This document shows positions 1 to 12,025 of a stretch of 64,000 nucleotides of DNA, piece by piece. Position 1 is the stretch's first letter, and every line of letters starts with the position of its first letter. This DNA is from Azolla caroliniana (Eukaryota > Plantae > Polypodiophyta). The notes beneath the pieces were generated by a model. The model did not search any database. It saw only the letters and a list, made by a program, of their open reading frames with translations, and was not told where the DNA came from. The stretch spans positions 23,622,001-23,686,000 of the forward strand of contig JBHGNT010000004.1 of the NCBI GenBank assembly GCA_043228905.1, read 5' to 3'. The translations under genes were made by a program, and so were the position numbers.

Positions 1-765
1 GGCTCCGTTGTCCTTTCGGTAATGCCGACAATTCTTCCGGAAGTGCCCCGGCTTCCCACAGTGGAAGCATGTGGGCCTTCCTCTTGACTGCGACCGGGTC
101 CCCGACTTCTCCCGTCTTTGCGGACTCCGGTTCCATTGTCTTCCCCGATCCGATTCGGTAAGCAGCATCTTCGGATCGGAAACCGATTCTTTATCTCTCC
201 GACGCGCTTCTTCGTTCAAAATGCTTGTCTTTACCGTTTGTAGCGACAAGTTATCTTCGGTGCAGGAGGTGCTGAGAGTCACCACCAAGTTCTCCCAGCT
301 TTCCGGCAATGTACACATCAGAATGATGGCTTGCATTGCATCCTCCAACGGGAACTTGATCGCCGCAAGCTGGTTCACGAATCCCATGAACGTGCTCACG
401 TGTTCCACCATATTCTCGCCGTCCCGGTACTTGAGGTTCACTATCTTCCTCATCAGGGAGGTCCGGTTCAACGCATTCTTCCTCTCGTAGAGGCCCAACA
501 GCTTCTTCCACATCTCATATGCGTTGGTGTCGTTCGCCACATGTTGCAGAACACTTACATCTACATATTGCCGGATCGTCGCTACGGCTTTCCGGTTCAG
601 GAGCTTCCACTCCGACTCTATTACCCCCTTGGGTATCTCGGCATTGTCGATCGGTTCATACAGATCTCGGACGATGAGAAGGTCTTCCATCTTTATCTTC
701 CAGTCGGCGTAGTTCTGTGAGTTCAACACCATCATGCCCGGAGGCCCACTACCGCCGCCTTCCAT
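1..765 (-). CDS. Ty1/copia gag-pol polyprotein, 5' part (Gag with CCHC zinc knuckle); runs off the window
   Basis: Manual translation from ATG 765: MEGGGSGPPGMMVLNSQNYADWKIKMEDLL...LMCTLPESWENLVVTL...CFHCGKPGHFRKNC; no stop to position 1. Absent from the ORF track because it lacks a stop inside the window. Confidence 0.93.
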   Translation of the reverse strand, partial: MEGGGSGPPGMMVLNSQNYADWKIKMEDLLIVRDLYEPIDNAEIPKGVIESEWKLLNRKAVATIRQYVDVSVLQHVANDTNAYEMWKKLLGLYERKNALNRTSLMRKIVNLKYRDGENMVEHVSTFMGFVNQLAAIKFPLEDAMQAIILMCTLPESWENLVVTLSTSCTEDNLSLQTVKTSILNEEARRRDKESVSDPKMLLTESDRGRQWNRSPQRREKSGTRSQSRGRPTCFHCGKPGHFRKNCRHYRKDNGA

Positions 766-781
766 TTTCTGTGTTACCGTC

Positions 782-793
782 GCTCTGATACCA
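782..793 (-). promoter_or_regulatory. Primer-binding site (tRNA-iMet) of the left copia element
   Basis: Minus strand TGGTATCAGAGC, 3 nt after the LTR ...CAACA end. Confidence 0.92.
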
Positions 794-796
794 CTT

Positions 797-1439
797 TGTT
801 GAACAACAGTGCTCGGCCACAACCGAGGAATAGGATCGATTCACAGAAAACGGGAAATACACGAAATGCACGAAGACAATAGAGAGAAGAGTACACAGGA
901 TGTTTTACGTGGAAAACCCTAAATGGGAAAAAACCACGAGAGTCCTCAAACTCCAACTATCACTATACACAGAGATGTACAATGGTGAAGCTACAAGGCA
1001 ACAACCTTGAGCTCACTGTTTTCGCCACAGGCGGCGGTATTACACAGAGGCGTCGACCTCTTCCTTCCTCTCTCTCTCTCTCTCTCTCGGCTGCTCTCAC
1101 TTTGCTCTCTCTCGGCTGAAAACATAAAAATGAGCAACAACAAAAAACTGTTTGCCCTAAGTCATATTTATACACATATGACTTTCGGGCTATTTACAAA
1201 TATAGCCTCAAGGGCCCTTGGCAAACATATTCACAAATATGTCCCCGCATCTGGATCTCTCTCCGGGTACATACGTCATCCGGTTCCGTAACCGGGGTCT
1301 TCAGCATCCGGCTCCGTAGCCGGGTACTCTTCATCCGGCTTCATGCCGGGTACTCTTCATCATCCGGTTCCGTAACAGCCTTCGGGCTTGCCGTCATTCA
1401 TCTCCGGACATCCCATCCGGAGGGACCGAAATCCCAACA
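797..1439 (-). mobile_element. 5' LTR (~643 bp) of Ty1/copia element
   Basis: Minus strand starts TGTTGGG (1439) and ends CAACA (797), directly followed by PBS and gag; contains TATA-like TATATAAATA near 1165-1175 and a (GA)n tract. Confidence 0.88.
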
Positions 1440-1724
1440 AGAATGCATTGTTTTCTATAGTCTCTTTGAAAAATAGCATAAAAGTGCTAAAAAATAAACA
1501 ACTCATACTAGATACATGCAACCAATAACGTGACTGACTTAATGCACACAATAAAATGTACCGAGGACTTTACTTTCTAGGTTTTAATGTACCTTGGTGC
1601 TTTTACAACATAACCAATAGAGTATATATATATATCCATAAAAAATATCATCCATTGGTATTAAAATAGTCCACTATTACAATGAATATGTGAATGTGGT
1701 TATATCACATTTTAGAAGTGATTT

Positions 1725-2125
1725 CATATGTCCCCAATCTTAACTTCTTCAAGCACCTTTCTTGCTCTTAAAAGTGCACCACATTTGGCATACATATGAA
1801 TCAATTCATTATGAAGTAGAATCTCTTTATCAAACAACTCTTCTTTATGAAGTTGAGCATGTATAAATTTGCCCTTCTCGACCTCCCCTAGATTTCCTCA
1901 ACTCTTTAAGATGCAAAAGTAATTGACCATATTTGGCAATTTTCTCTAACGTTGTAATGATCCAAAATGATTCAATGCTTCTTCATCTTGCCCATACTGA
2001 ATATTTCCTATGATAATTGTGTTCCAACAAGTAAGTATATTTATAATTTGATCTAATATTAATTCAATAGAATTTATGCGAATAATCTTATATTAATATC
2101 TAGCATAAGGCTCTCCACATTCACA
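1725..2125 (-). pseudogene. Degenerate PLS-class PPR gene fragment
   Basis: Minus translation WNTIIIGNIQYGQDEEALNHF..*..PNMVNYFCILKS*GNLGEVEKGKFIHAQL...NELIHMYAKCGALLRARKVL is a P-L-S motif triplet with in-frame stops. Confidence 0.8.
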
Positions 2126-4369
2126 CTAACTACTTGCGTGCACGTCACAAATGCTACCTAGTGATTGAATGCGGGTGACCAAAAGTGAATTTAGTGCACA
2201 CCACCATTCTTGGTCACACCCATGTGGTGTGAGTATAAAGTGAAAGAACATGAAAAAATTGAGAGTGGGGTTTGACCTTTCTAGCCGGCCAACTTGTAGG
2301 TCTATGTTGTGTTCATGATGGTTTTCATGCCGGTTTTCATTGTTTGATGAACACTCTGCCTTGTGTAAGGATGAATTCATGTTCCTCTAGTAAATTCATA
2401 GTCAAAATGTCCCTCATTTAATATATATTCATCAATAAGTAAGTGATTAAGTATTGTTAATCTCATTAGGTGATGATGTATCCATAAACACAAAGTAGAA
2501 ATTGGTTATGCATGGAATTGAATTTATTTTTGGCCAATCGAATCATTTGTGTAACCTTCAAGAGCTCATTGAACGAGATAATATACTTTAGTTGATGAGG
2601 AGTAACCTAATATTATCTCATATGTGGTAATGAAATAAAGACACATAATATCACGATATAATTATTTAAATATTCACTAAAGGTAAAGTTCGCATTTACA
2701 ATGGGTAAATATAATTTATATTATTAACTTTTAAGTACCAGACACCTTCACCATTGTATACAATACTACTCTAGTTCCAACACAAATGTTAACGACCCTT
2801 TGGATATCAATGATGGAGATTAACAAAAAGCTAGAAATGCATATTAATGTGGAGTAGAAAACAAATGAACTAAAATGGTAAGAGAGCCAATGAAATTATA
2901 AGTTCCCTATATATTTCATAGAAATGGACAAACTAATTAACTATCATGATTGCTTGCTTGTCTATTGTGTATGAGAGAGAGGAGCTAGATAGATCCATAA
3001 GAAAACCCACTAGATGTTCATTCCTTAAAACTTCTTCTCTTCTTGTTAATGACTATCTTGATCTTCCCCACCATATCCATTGCCATTATTGTCATCAATA
3101 TCGAATGAGGACTAGAGGAGAGATTGAGAGTAGAGTCTAAGGAATAAAGATAGTTCAAAAGAATGTTAGAGATGGACTACAGTAGCCAAAGTTCACATTA
3201 AATCAATAATATTGTGTTATAGTTTTTCAAGTATAAAACTAAAGGTCATCACAAATTCCGTATCTCAGAGGTTCTTTCGATAATACAAAACGTAATATGC
3301 AACAAGTGGAGCTCAAGCAACTGGAGTTTCATGCCATCTAGGATAGAGGCATATTTTATAGACATATTTCTGATAAGGTGGAGCGGTTCTACTCTACACC
3401 AAAGTATTTATTTAAGTTGACGTTTAAACTTTAGAAAAAAGAAGCTCCTTATCGAAAGATACATCTTGTATATATAACCTTAGGGTGTTTCCTCCACATT
3501 TCATATTGCATACATATAATTTCATAAATTTGATGACATTATTAGTGCATGCTTGTATCTGTTCTTGATGATTAAAGAAAACATCTATTTAAATGGATTA
3601 TAAACATCTCATAAAAAATGAACTCACAATCTACCATTGTTTTATGATCAAGATGTGAATAATTTCAATAAAATTAAGTTGAATTCATATCAAGAAATGG
3701 CTATTTTCACGAACACAATTAATATATTGCAAAAATACTTTTTCAATTCAAGGTAGAAGGCAAATATAATATCACATATCTAAGACTTCCTAAGAGAAAA
3801 TGTTCATACACGAGGTTGCCAAGAACGAAATCAAACTTTTCCTTGTATGAAACAATAGGAATGTTATAATGTGATAAGCACAAGCAAATGTAGCATACTC
3901 TGAATTGCTATGCAAATTCAAATGCCACACTATAGAGAAAAACCATCTAGCAATATAAAGAATCCACATATGAATTTTGCATACAACACACACACACACA
4001 CTCAAAGGCAAACATGCATTTATCCATCATTATTTTGAGTTGGTTATTCATTCTTTGCAAAGGAAATGTATAAACATATATATAAATATTACGCTTAGGG
4101 CCCATTTAAATTATTATATTGTCTTAGATCAAAACAAAGAAGATTGAAGCCATAAACATTGCATAACTGAATACATGGGGATAAATTCACAAGTGTATTA
4201 TGTGTAACAAAAAGGAGAGGAAATTACATAAAGTGTATTATACGTAACAAAAAAGGAGAGGAAATTACACACATGGCTTGTTATTGAGGTCATCCTAGAA
4301 TTAGCAGGCAATAATTTGAAATCGAAAATATGTGAACTCATAGAAAATAAACAAATAATTTATGGCCTA

Positions 4370-4660
4370 TGTTGAGACATTGATGTTCTCATCATTGGCT
4401 CATATTTCTACCATGTCAACTTCAATGTCAATATAGGTTGATTATAATATATGAGTTTATTTTATATCATTCACACTATTTTAGGCATTGATGTTCTTAT
4501 CATTGGCTCCTGTTTACACCTTGTGAACTTCAATGTCAATATATGCTGATTGTGAGTTTATTTTACATTAATGACAACTTTTTTGTGTCATTGATCTTCT
4601 TACATATGTTCACACCATGTCAAAACTTTAATGTTGATGCAAGATTATTTTATATCAATG
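4370..4660. repeat. Degenerate ~110-bp tandem repeat (about 3 units)
   Basis: Recurrent cattgatgttct..cattggctc...cc(a/t)tgt(c/g)aacttcaatgtcaatat at about 4378, 4486 and 4589. Confidence 0.7.
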
Positions 4661-6005
4661 ACATCAAATGTTGTTGCCATCTCCATGACCAACATGGTGC
4701 TTAGATGATATGAACGAAGTTGCATATTGTACGTATGTACATAAGAGGGTTGTCAAAGTACATTTCCTTTGCAAGAATGAATAACCAACTCAAAATAAAG
4801 ATGGCTTAATATGGTGTTGAAGAGAGCTAGAACAAAATACCTAATCATAAGAGAGTTAGATCTGCTCTTTCCCATGATTGGAAGAAGCATCTTTGTCATT
4901 CTCATTAATGTGAAGTTACACACACTGGACTCATATTGTGCTATGTTAAAACCAAGTAAGGAGCCATACATTAGTAGCCCAAGGTAAAAATTTCACACTC
5001 GATGATCTCGAGGTTTAGAATTGGGAAAGAGGAGACTCAAAATGATCAAACATAGATCATTCATAAAACAAATATGCTTACTTTCTAGAAAATATCATGG
5101 TCTTTAATGAGTTTGGAATGTTTCATTGCAAATCATGAGTGTTGTGTGTGTGTGAGTGGTTACAAAGTACATAATGAGGCAAGGAGTACTTCAAATTACA
5201 AGGAAGGATATTATATGTATTGAATGTAGTAGTTAGGGTTTCCTTAATAAGCATAGGTAATAAAAGATATATGAAGTACAATTGTGTCATGGCACAATCA
5301 ATCACTTAATAGAGGCATTAGTAGGGCCTAACATTATGTATTTATATATTTATATATACATAATGTACATGTATGGATACTGTTTTTTAAGTATTAATAA
5401 CAACATAGTGATAGTACAGAAGAACAAAGAGAACACCAATTAAAAACAAGAGTCCTTTTGGTGGGTACTTCTGTTCCTTTTCTCACCCACAGAAAAACCA
5501 AAACACAAAAGACTGAATTGAATGAGTCTTGAGAAAAATAAAACACAAAGCACAAGCTTGCAGAAAAGGAAAAAAGAACAAAATAAAGCAGCAAAAAGCA
5601 AAAGAGCCCCAAAAGCAAAAGCAGCATCACAAAAAGAAGAAGGAAGTAAACATAACAATCAGAGACTTTTCTTATTTTATTTTTTTCATCAACAAAAAAA
5701 AAGAGCAAAAGAACGAAAATCGGACTGTTTTTTAATTCCATTTTCTATTTGAAGAAACTAACGCCGTATAATTTTGGAAATACAACAGGAATAAATACAA
5801 TACGATCGAATACATACGTTTGTCTTGTCTTTATAGACACATACATACGATACGTACATACAAAATGTACATACGGTAGTACATAAGACACATACGTACA
5901 TACAGAATATACAGACCTACGTAACGCATCCATCCTGCCATGATGAATCATGTACGCTACAGCTTCCATGGATTTATACGCAATTAATCTACGAAGTAGA
6001 ATTAT

Positions 6006-6396
6006 TAGTGGCATTCGAGCTTGCGGCAGGAAGAAAGTGAGCACAGCCCGCCCTACCAGAAACCCTAAATATGAGATACACAGAGAAATAAAAGAAAGAT
6101 ATAGTAACGTCTTCTAAGACCAAAATGAGAGAGAGATTACAAGAGCTATGCTTATTATGATCAATCAGTACACTTCATATATGTATGTCCAACAAGCATG
6201 GATTAGTTTTTTATACAAGAAGCGACAGAGCAATTAATCCAAATGATTATCACTATATATTAGCTACAATTAGTATGTGTACTGTTATATAATATATATA
6301 TATATATGTGTATATATATATATATATATGTATGTATTAGGGGGGACATGAGGAGGGGCTGTGCTCTCTCTCTTCTGCAGCAAAAGGCATCCACTG
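6006..6396 (-). ncRNA. MIR529: MIR529 precursor (miR156/529 superfamily); mature 5p at 6376-6356
   Basis: Minus 6376-6356 reads AGAAGAGAGAGAGCACAGCCC (miR529 sequence). Complementary arm GGGCTGTGCTCACTTTCTTCCTGCCGCAA at 6049-6021; lower-stem pairing extends to about 6006/6396. Confidence 0.9.
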
Positions 6397-6733
6397 AAAA
6401 TCAAAACAAAAACAGAGAAAAACCATGAGAATCTCTTCAAAATGATAATCAAGCTATAAGTACATGAATCTTAATCAAGAAACAGGATTTAGTAGTACTT
6501 GGACATCGGATAATATATGTATACATGTATATGTATATATAATAGTAGTAGTATGTATGCAAGTACTTAAAATAATAGGGATGATAAATTTGTAGTGCTA
6601 AAATTCTAATTGGGAGAGGAAGGATTTATTTTAGAAGCAGAGCTAGTAGTACAGCTAAATTTAGAAGTAGAGAGCTGGAATTAGAAGAGAAATAAGTAGC
6701 TAACTGAATGAGTGGGATAAGGGAGGATGGCTC

Positions 6734-6742
6734 TTTATATAG
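6734..6742 (-). promoter_or_regulatory. TATA box of putative pri-miR529
   Basis: CTATATAAA on minus, ~340 bp upstream of the hairpin; a strong splice acceptor TTTTGTTTTGATTTTCAG ends near 6395. Confidence 0.6.
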
Positions 6743-7284
6743 ACAACCAACTCTTCTTCTTCTTCTTCTTCTTCACGCTAATTAAAAAAAAAAAACAAAT
6801 CATTTCGTACTTTCCATTTCTCTCATCCAAAATATTAAAGGAGCGTTTATTCTGTTTTTTTAATTTTTTTCCCACATGAATTGCAATGAAGCAAAAATCA
6901 ATTAAATTGCTCGATATATTCCTGTTATTTTATTCAATTGAATGAATTAATCTGTTTTTTGTTTGGTCTTTTTTTGGGGGGGGGCTTATTGATATTTATT
7001 TTTCCCTTTTTAATTTAATTAATTTATTTTTTTACTTTTGTGTACATGGAAGTGTGCACCTTCCCCCTGCATCTTTATCTCCATCCCCTGCACTCACTCA
7101 CTCACTCACATTGAAAGCTTCCTTGCGCCGACTGCATGGAAAAAGAGCAATTAAGCAAAGCTATATTTAAGATGCAAATGTATTGTAACTCATTCATACC
7201 AAGTGGCCTCCATTCTTACTCAAGTCTTTACCAGCCTCAAGTTATGTCAAGACAAAACTCTTCTCCAAGAACACATTCATGCGC

Positions 7285-7736
7285 GCACATGCTTCGAGTC
7301 CATGATGAGCGCCAATACATTTTGAATCAAATGCTCGCTATCACATATTTTACATACATGTATACAATATGCTTGCAAGACTCCGTCGAGTACTGCTTTG
7401 GCTCATCAAGCATTCGAATTCACCCCTACACATTGATCGACATGATTCAATCACGATCTCACGTCTTCATTATATGCTCGCAGGTTCCCTAGTGTGGACA
7501 TGAAGTTTATAAATTAATTCCACGACGAGCGCAATATCGGATTGAATGCTAGCTATGATTTCGTTTATATACATGTAAATTATATGCTTGCAAGTCTCCT
7601 TTGAGTATTATGCTTCAACTCACCGAGCATTCAAATTCACCCCTACATTGATCAATGTGATTCAATCAACATCTCCCACCTTCAATATATGCTTGCAAGT
7701 TCCCTAGTGTGGACATGAACTTTATAAGCTAATTCC
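7285..7736. repeat. Two-copy ~215-235-bp tandem duplication
   Basis: atatgcttgcaag...aattcacccctaca...gttccctagtgtggacatgaa.tttataa occurs twice. Confidence 0.85.
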
Positions 7737-8802
7737 GTTACAAAGTAGAAAGTAACCATTCTCGATAGTAAAAAATTTCCATGTCACTTGTTCATTGATA
7801 GTAAAGGAAGAAGCGACTTATAGACTCATTCCCCTAGTTCTAATTGCTATCTTCAATGCAAGTGGGATCCAATATTCTTATTTGTAGGACGTCCAGCCGC
7901 GTACATTGCCTAACTTAATTGTGGAATCACTCTCATATCTCCAACGTAACCCGTTTGAAAAATGGCTTGTGGTGTATGTATAAGACCATGTTATATCATG
8001 TCTCTCCAGTGATCCAAATTAGTGTACATGTGGTTGCACTCGACAACATACTACAAGTGAAAAACCATGATACAATAGTTTGAACTCATTCATACAAATG
8101 TGAAATGTAGGAAGTTAAATTTGTGAGCTAAATTGTAAGTATTCATGGAAACTCCTACAACTATTTTCATAAAAATGAAATTTGTGATTCATAACGCACA
8201 CATGATATTGAATACCACACTCAGCCAAGTTAATTTACAAGGGCAAACCATGCTTAATTTGCTATTTTAAATGGAATGTTCAAAGACGCCATTATCCTTC
8301 TCTCCCTCTTAACCACTACAAGTCATTGGACATCTTCATGTGCGTGTTCCTATGTGACTATGTGTGCACATGCAACCTATGGCCACACTACGAGATAAAT
8401 ATACCCAACGGAATGAAAACATTGAGGTGAAAGCATACTCAAAAGCATACTCATGCTCAAGTATGCAACGTTGGTTGGTAGAGAAATTAATGCAAGTGTC
8501 ACAATGCTAGCAAATGACCCTGAATTCATTTTAGCAATGTGTCTAGCATATCCTGTGTTAATGGCCAAACACGTCACATTAAGTACCTTATGCAATGATA
8601 CCAATGTTGGCCCTATGACGTAAGAATGAAGAGACATATAATGCTTAAAGAAAAGCCTTAAAACAAAGCTATAAAAACTCGAATAAAAGAAATATAGAAG
8701 CAAAGGTAGAAGCTTTTTACTTCTTCTTCACTTTTCGCATTTGCGCCAAAGCTTGAGTTTTCCTCTCTTTCTCTCACATACACATTCATTCACACATGCA
8801 CG

Positions 8803-8811
<9 letters not shown>

Positions 8812-8871
<60 letters not shown>
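8812..8871. repeat. Compound (CA)n(CT)n microsatellite
   Basis: Seen directly. Confidence 0.95.
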
Positions 8872-8875
<4 letters not shown>

Positions 8876-9218
8876 GTCATAATTGACCTTTGAAGATGAT
8901 AACAATATCTATCTATCTCTCTTGTGTGTGAAAATTAACACTACATAGTGCCAAAACTTAGTGGTGTTAGTACTACATGGGTAAAGGGGTGTGATGAATC
9001 ATCAATAGGCAAGACATACAATCCATAGAGGAAATAATTACTCCAACAAACAAAACTCCCACAACTCTGTTCAAATTTTGTCGATATGTTGTGACTCCAT
9101 CATGCCATCAAATATTACATGTAAGCACTCTGCAAATCCCAATTATGATGCAATACCAAATATCATAGATTAAAGAGAAAACTATCACCATTTCTCATTT
9201 GAACTCAAGCTAATAACA

Positions 9219-9622
9219 TTGTGTATTGTGCTAACAACCACCATTTTTGTGCCAAATAACAAAGTCAGAAAACTTGCGAAAAATTTAGAAGTATTGTAAC
9301 ATCAAATCTAACAAGCATTTGATAGATATTTGTGTGTATTGTAACCCTTAAACACTCACAATTGTGGATATTTGTGGATGTAACCATTTCAACATTATGA
9401 ACATTATTCAATAACCATCACAACCACCATTATTTGTTAGCAAAATGTGTATTGTGCTAACAACCACCATTTTTGTGCCGAATAACAAAGTCACAAAACT
9501 TGCGAAAAATTGAGAAGTATTGTAACGTCAAATCTAACAAGCATCTGATAGATATTTGTGTGTATTGTAACCGTTACACTCATAACTGTTGGTGTAACCA
9601 TTTCAACATTAGGAACCTTATG
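9219..9622. repeat. Two-copy ~227-bp direct repeat
   Basis: tgtgtattgtgctaacaaccaccatttttgtgcc...tgtaaccatttcaacatta at about 9220 and 9446. Confidence 0.88.
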
Positions 9623-9771
9623 CAATATATTGCTATGTGCAATGAAACCATATTGGATTGAGTTTATGAACTTTCGCTCCAAATCGTTTGTAATATCTAT
9701 TTTCCAAGCCCTAATTTGTAAACATCTTACATGTTTTGAATGACAAAAAATATGATACTAAAGTATATAGT

Positions 9772-9843
9772 AGACTTAAGGTGGCCCTGCTACCACGTAT
9801 GCATTAGTCTAATGCATACGCGGTTGCAGGCCACCTTAAGTCT
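9772..9843. repeat. 72-bp near-perfect palindrome (possible mini-MITE)
   Basis: AGACTTAAGGTGGCCCTGCTACCACGTATGCATTAG-T-CTAATGCATACGCGGTTGCAGGCCACCTTAAGTCT. Confidence 0.9.
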
Positions 9844-12025
9844 TGCTCAACATGCACTTATTCTAATGTAGCACATCATTTAGATAAATTGCATGAAGCT
9901 AAAAAGTCATGACATTGAACAAACCATCAATACATATATTGTGGTGGCTGAGGACATATAGGGATAAATTTTCTTGATCAACCTAGATTTTAATCAATCA
10001 AGTGCTAATAGTAAACTTGATCTTGATTCTATAATCACAATTACAATCATTATTAACTTGCACCTCCAATACGTTTGAAGTCCTTACACAACTAGATGAA
10101 GTGTTAAACGAGTACATTCAACCAAAATAGAAATCAATGTAGTCATTCAGCCAAAATAGAAATAAATTTGATTAGAAAACCCTAAATTTGTGCAGCTTGT
10201 CTTAAGTAATAGTTCCATTTTGCGTAATTAGGTTATTAGGGTTTTCACAATTTAAGTACGACTTAGTACTTGTAGATTTCATCAAGTCCTTGGCTCAAAT
10301 TTCTTTGATTTCGAGTACAACTCTTGCTTCATAAATAGAAATATTTCATTGACATAGAAAATCTCTTGAAAAGCTTATACTGTATGGCATTTATTACAAT
10401 AATAGATAGTTGCCTTATTGCCTCTAAAGATGTAACTGAAGAGTCATACACATTTTGTTTAGTTCTTGGTGCTCTACCATGTGTGATTTCATTCAATAAT
10501 CAAGCGACATATGCATTTGGTGGTCCTCGGTCTACCTTGGTTCAAGCTTCACAATCCAAACATTGATCGGAGAAAATGAGCAATTTGGAATCTTGGAAAA
10601 ATCGTAGATCTCATTTTAACGTCATCCCCTAGTTCAATAAATAAATAAATAAATAAATGTTTGTATTTGCAATGGGAACAATACATCCCCTGGTTCAAAA
10701 AAGTTGGAAACCTTATTTGCAATCAAGTAACGAGAATTCAAAGATGTCTATACTCTCGCACACATACCATTACATCTTAGAGCCAAACTGGTTAAGCCTA
10801 AACTAAACCGGTTTAGCCAAGCCGATTAAGCGTTAACCGGTTAGGTAGTTCGGTTCAGTTCAAGTTCGGCTTGAGCATCAAACCGAACCAAGCTCTCTTT
10901 ATTTCTTGAGCATCAAAACCTCCTTTCATTGCTTTAAAATATAGATTCTTAATTCTAGAGCATCTTGGCGTGATAAATGACATCTCAATTGGTACTATAA
11001 AGAGATTATATCCAAAAATGTGATTTGGTCTTTCAAAAATATGAAAGAAAGTACAATAACTTGAATGTCTTTACAAGCTATTTTAAACTTGTCTTCAAGG
11101 AAGTTGGCCCACCAATTTGTGACATCTCTCTTGTGATAACAAGCTCACCCCTTCATATTGTGTGTGAACATGTATGTGATGGGGCACATGCGTCCATTAA
11201 ATATTACCGTCCTTGTTATATGTTTGTCATAAGAGTGTAACCCCCTTCACCACATGTCAAAGAATAGCTATTTGTATTCAATATAAAGAATATTCACAAC
11301 TACAGAACAGGGACATTGCAACGTGTTTTCATGTCATTAACAATAACTATACATGTCACTAATTGCATTACTTTTGTACTCTTGCATAGACTCTGACATG
11401 ATTTTTGTGTCACTTAGCGATGCAAAGTTGTGACAAAACAATTATAATAGTTTTGAATTTCTTTAGATATTTGTTTCGAATAGAGGGGGATCTAGCAAGG
11501 CAAAAGCATATGAAGTTGGGATTGAAACCGTAGAACAATCATAGATGAAGTTGTTAACTACCTATGCAAGAAAGGAAAATGTATGATTAGTATCATATAT
11601 ATTCTTTGAGTTTCGATTCAAAGACCCCACCTATTTCTTGCTTTCTTCGAGTTTTCATGAACCTCGTTAAAGCCTAAAGCAACAAACAAGCAAGCATTGG
11701 AGTTCTTTGAGGTAAACATACAAATCAAAAGGCAATAATATAGCGAAGGTTGCAAGCACCTGGAGTCTTTGTATAGTTAATGTCTCACAGGTCATGCAAC
11801 ATGAGACGTTAACATTGATTGTAATTTGTCCCTTCAACTCTTGTACTTCTTTAAGAACTCATTTGTAAGTTCATCCCAATAAAGGCTTATATCATTAGAG
11901 AAATGCAACATCACTCTCATGAGACACATGAAGAGCTCATTCCACTCCAAAATATTACAAGCATGTGTAACATATCAACATCATTTCTTTGTAGACTTCC
12001 TACATTCTATCTAGCATGTGATTCA

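Noticed and set aside
71-720. Plus-strand ORFs of 139, 129 and 62 aa
   Set aside because: Antisense shadows of the GC-rich copia gag on the minus strand.
5394-5752. Lys-rich and Phe/Leu-rich ORFs
   Set aside because: Produced by A-rich low-complexity sequence downstream of MIR529; no domain signal.
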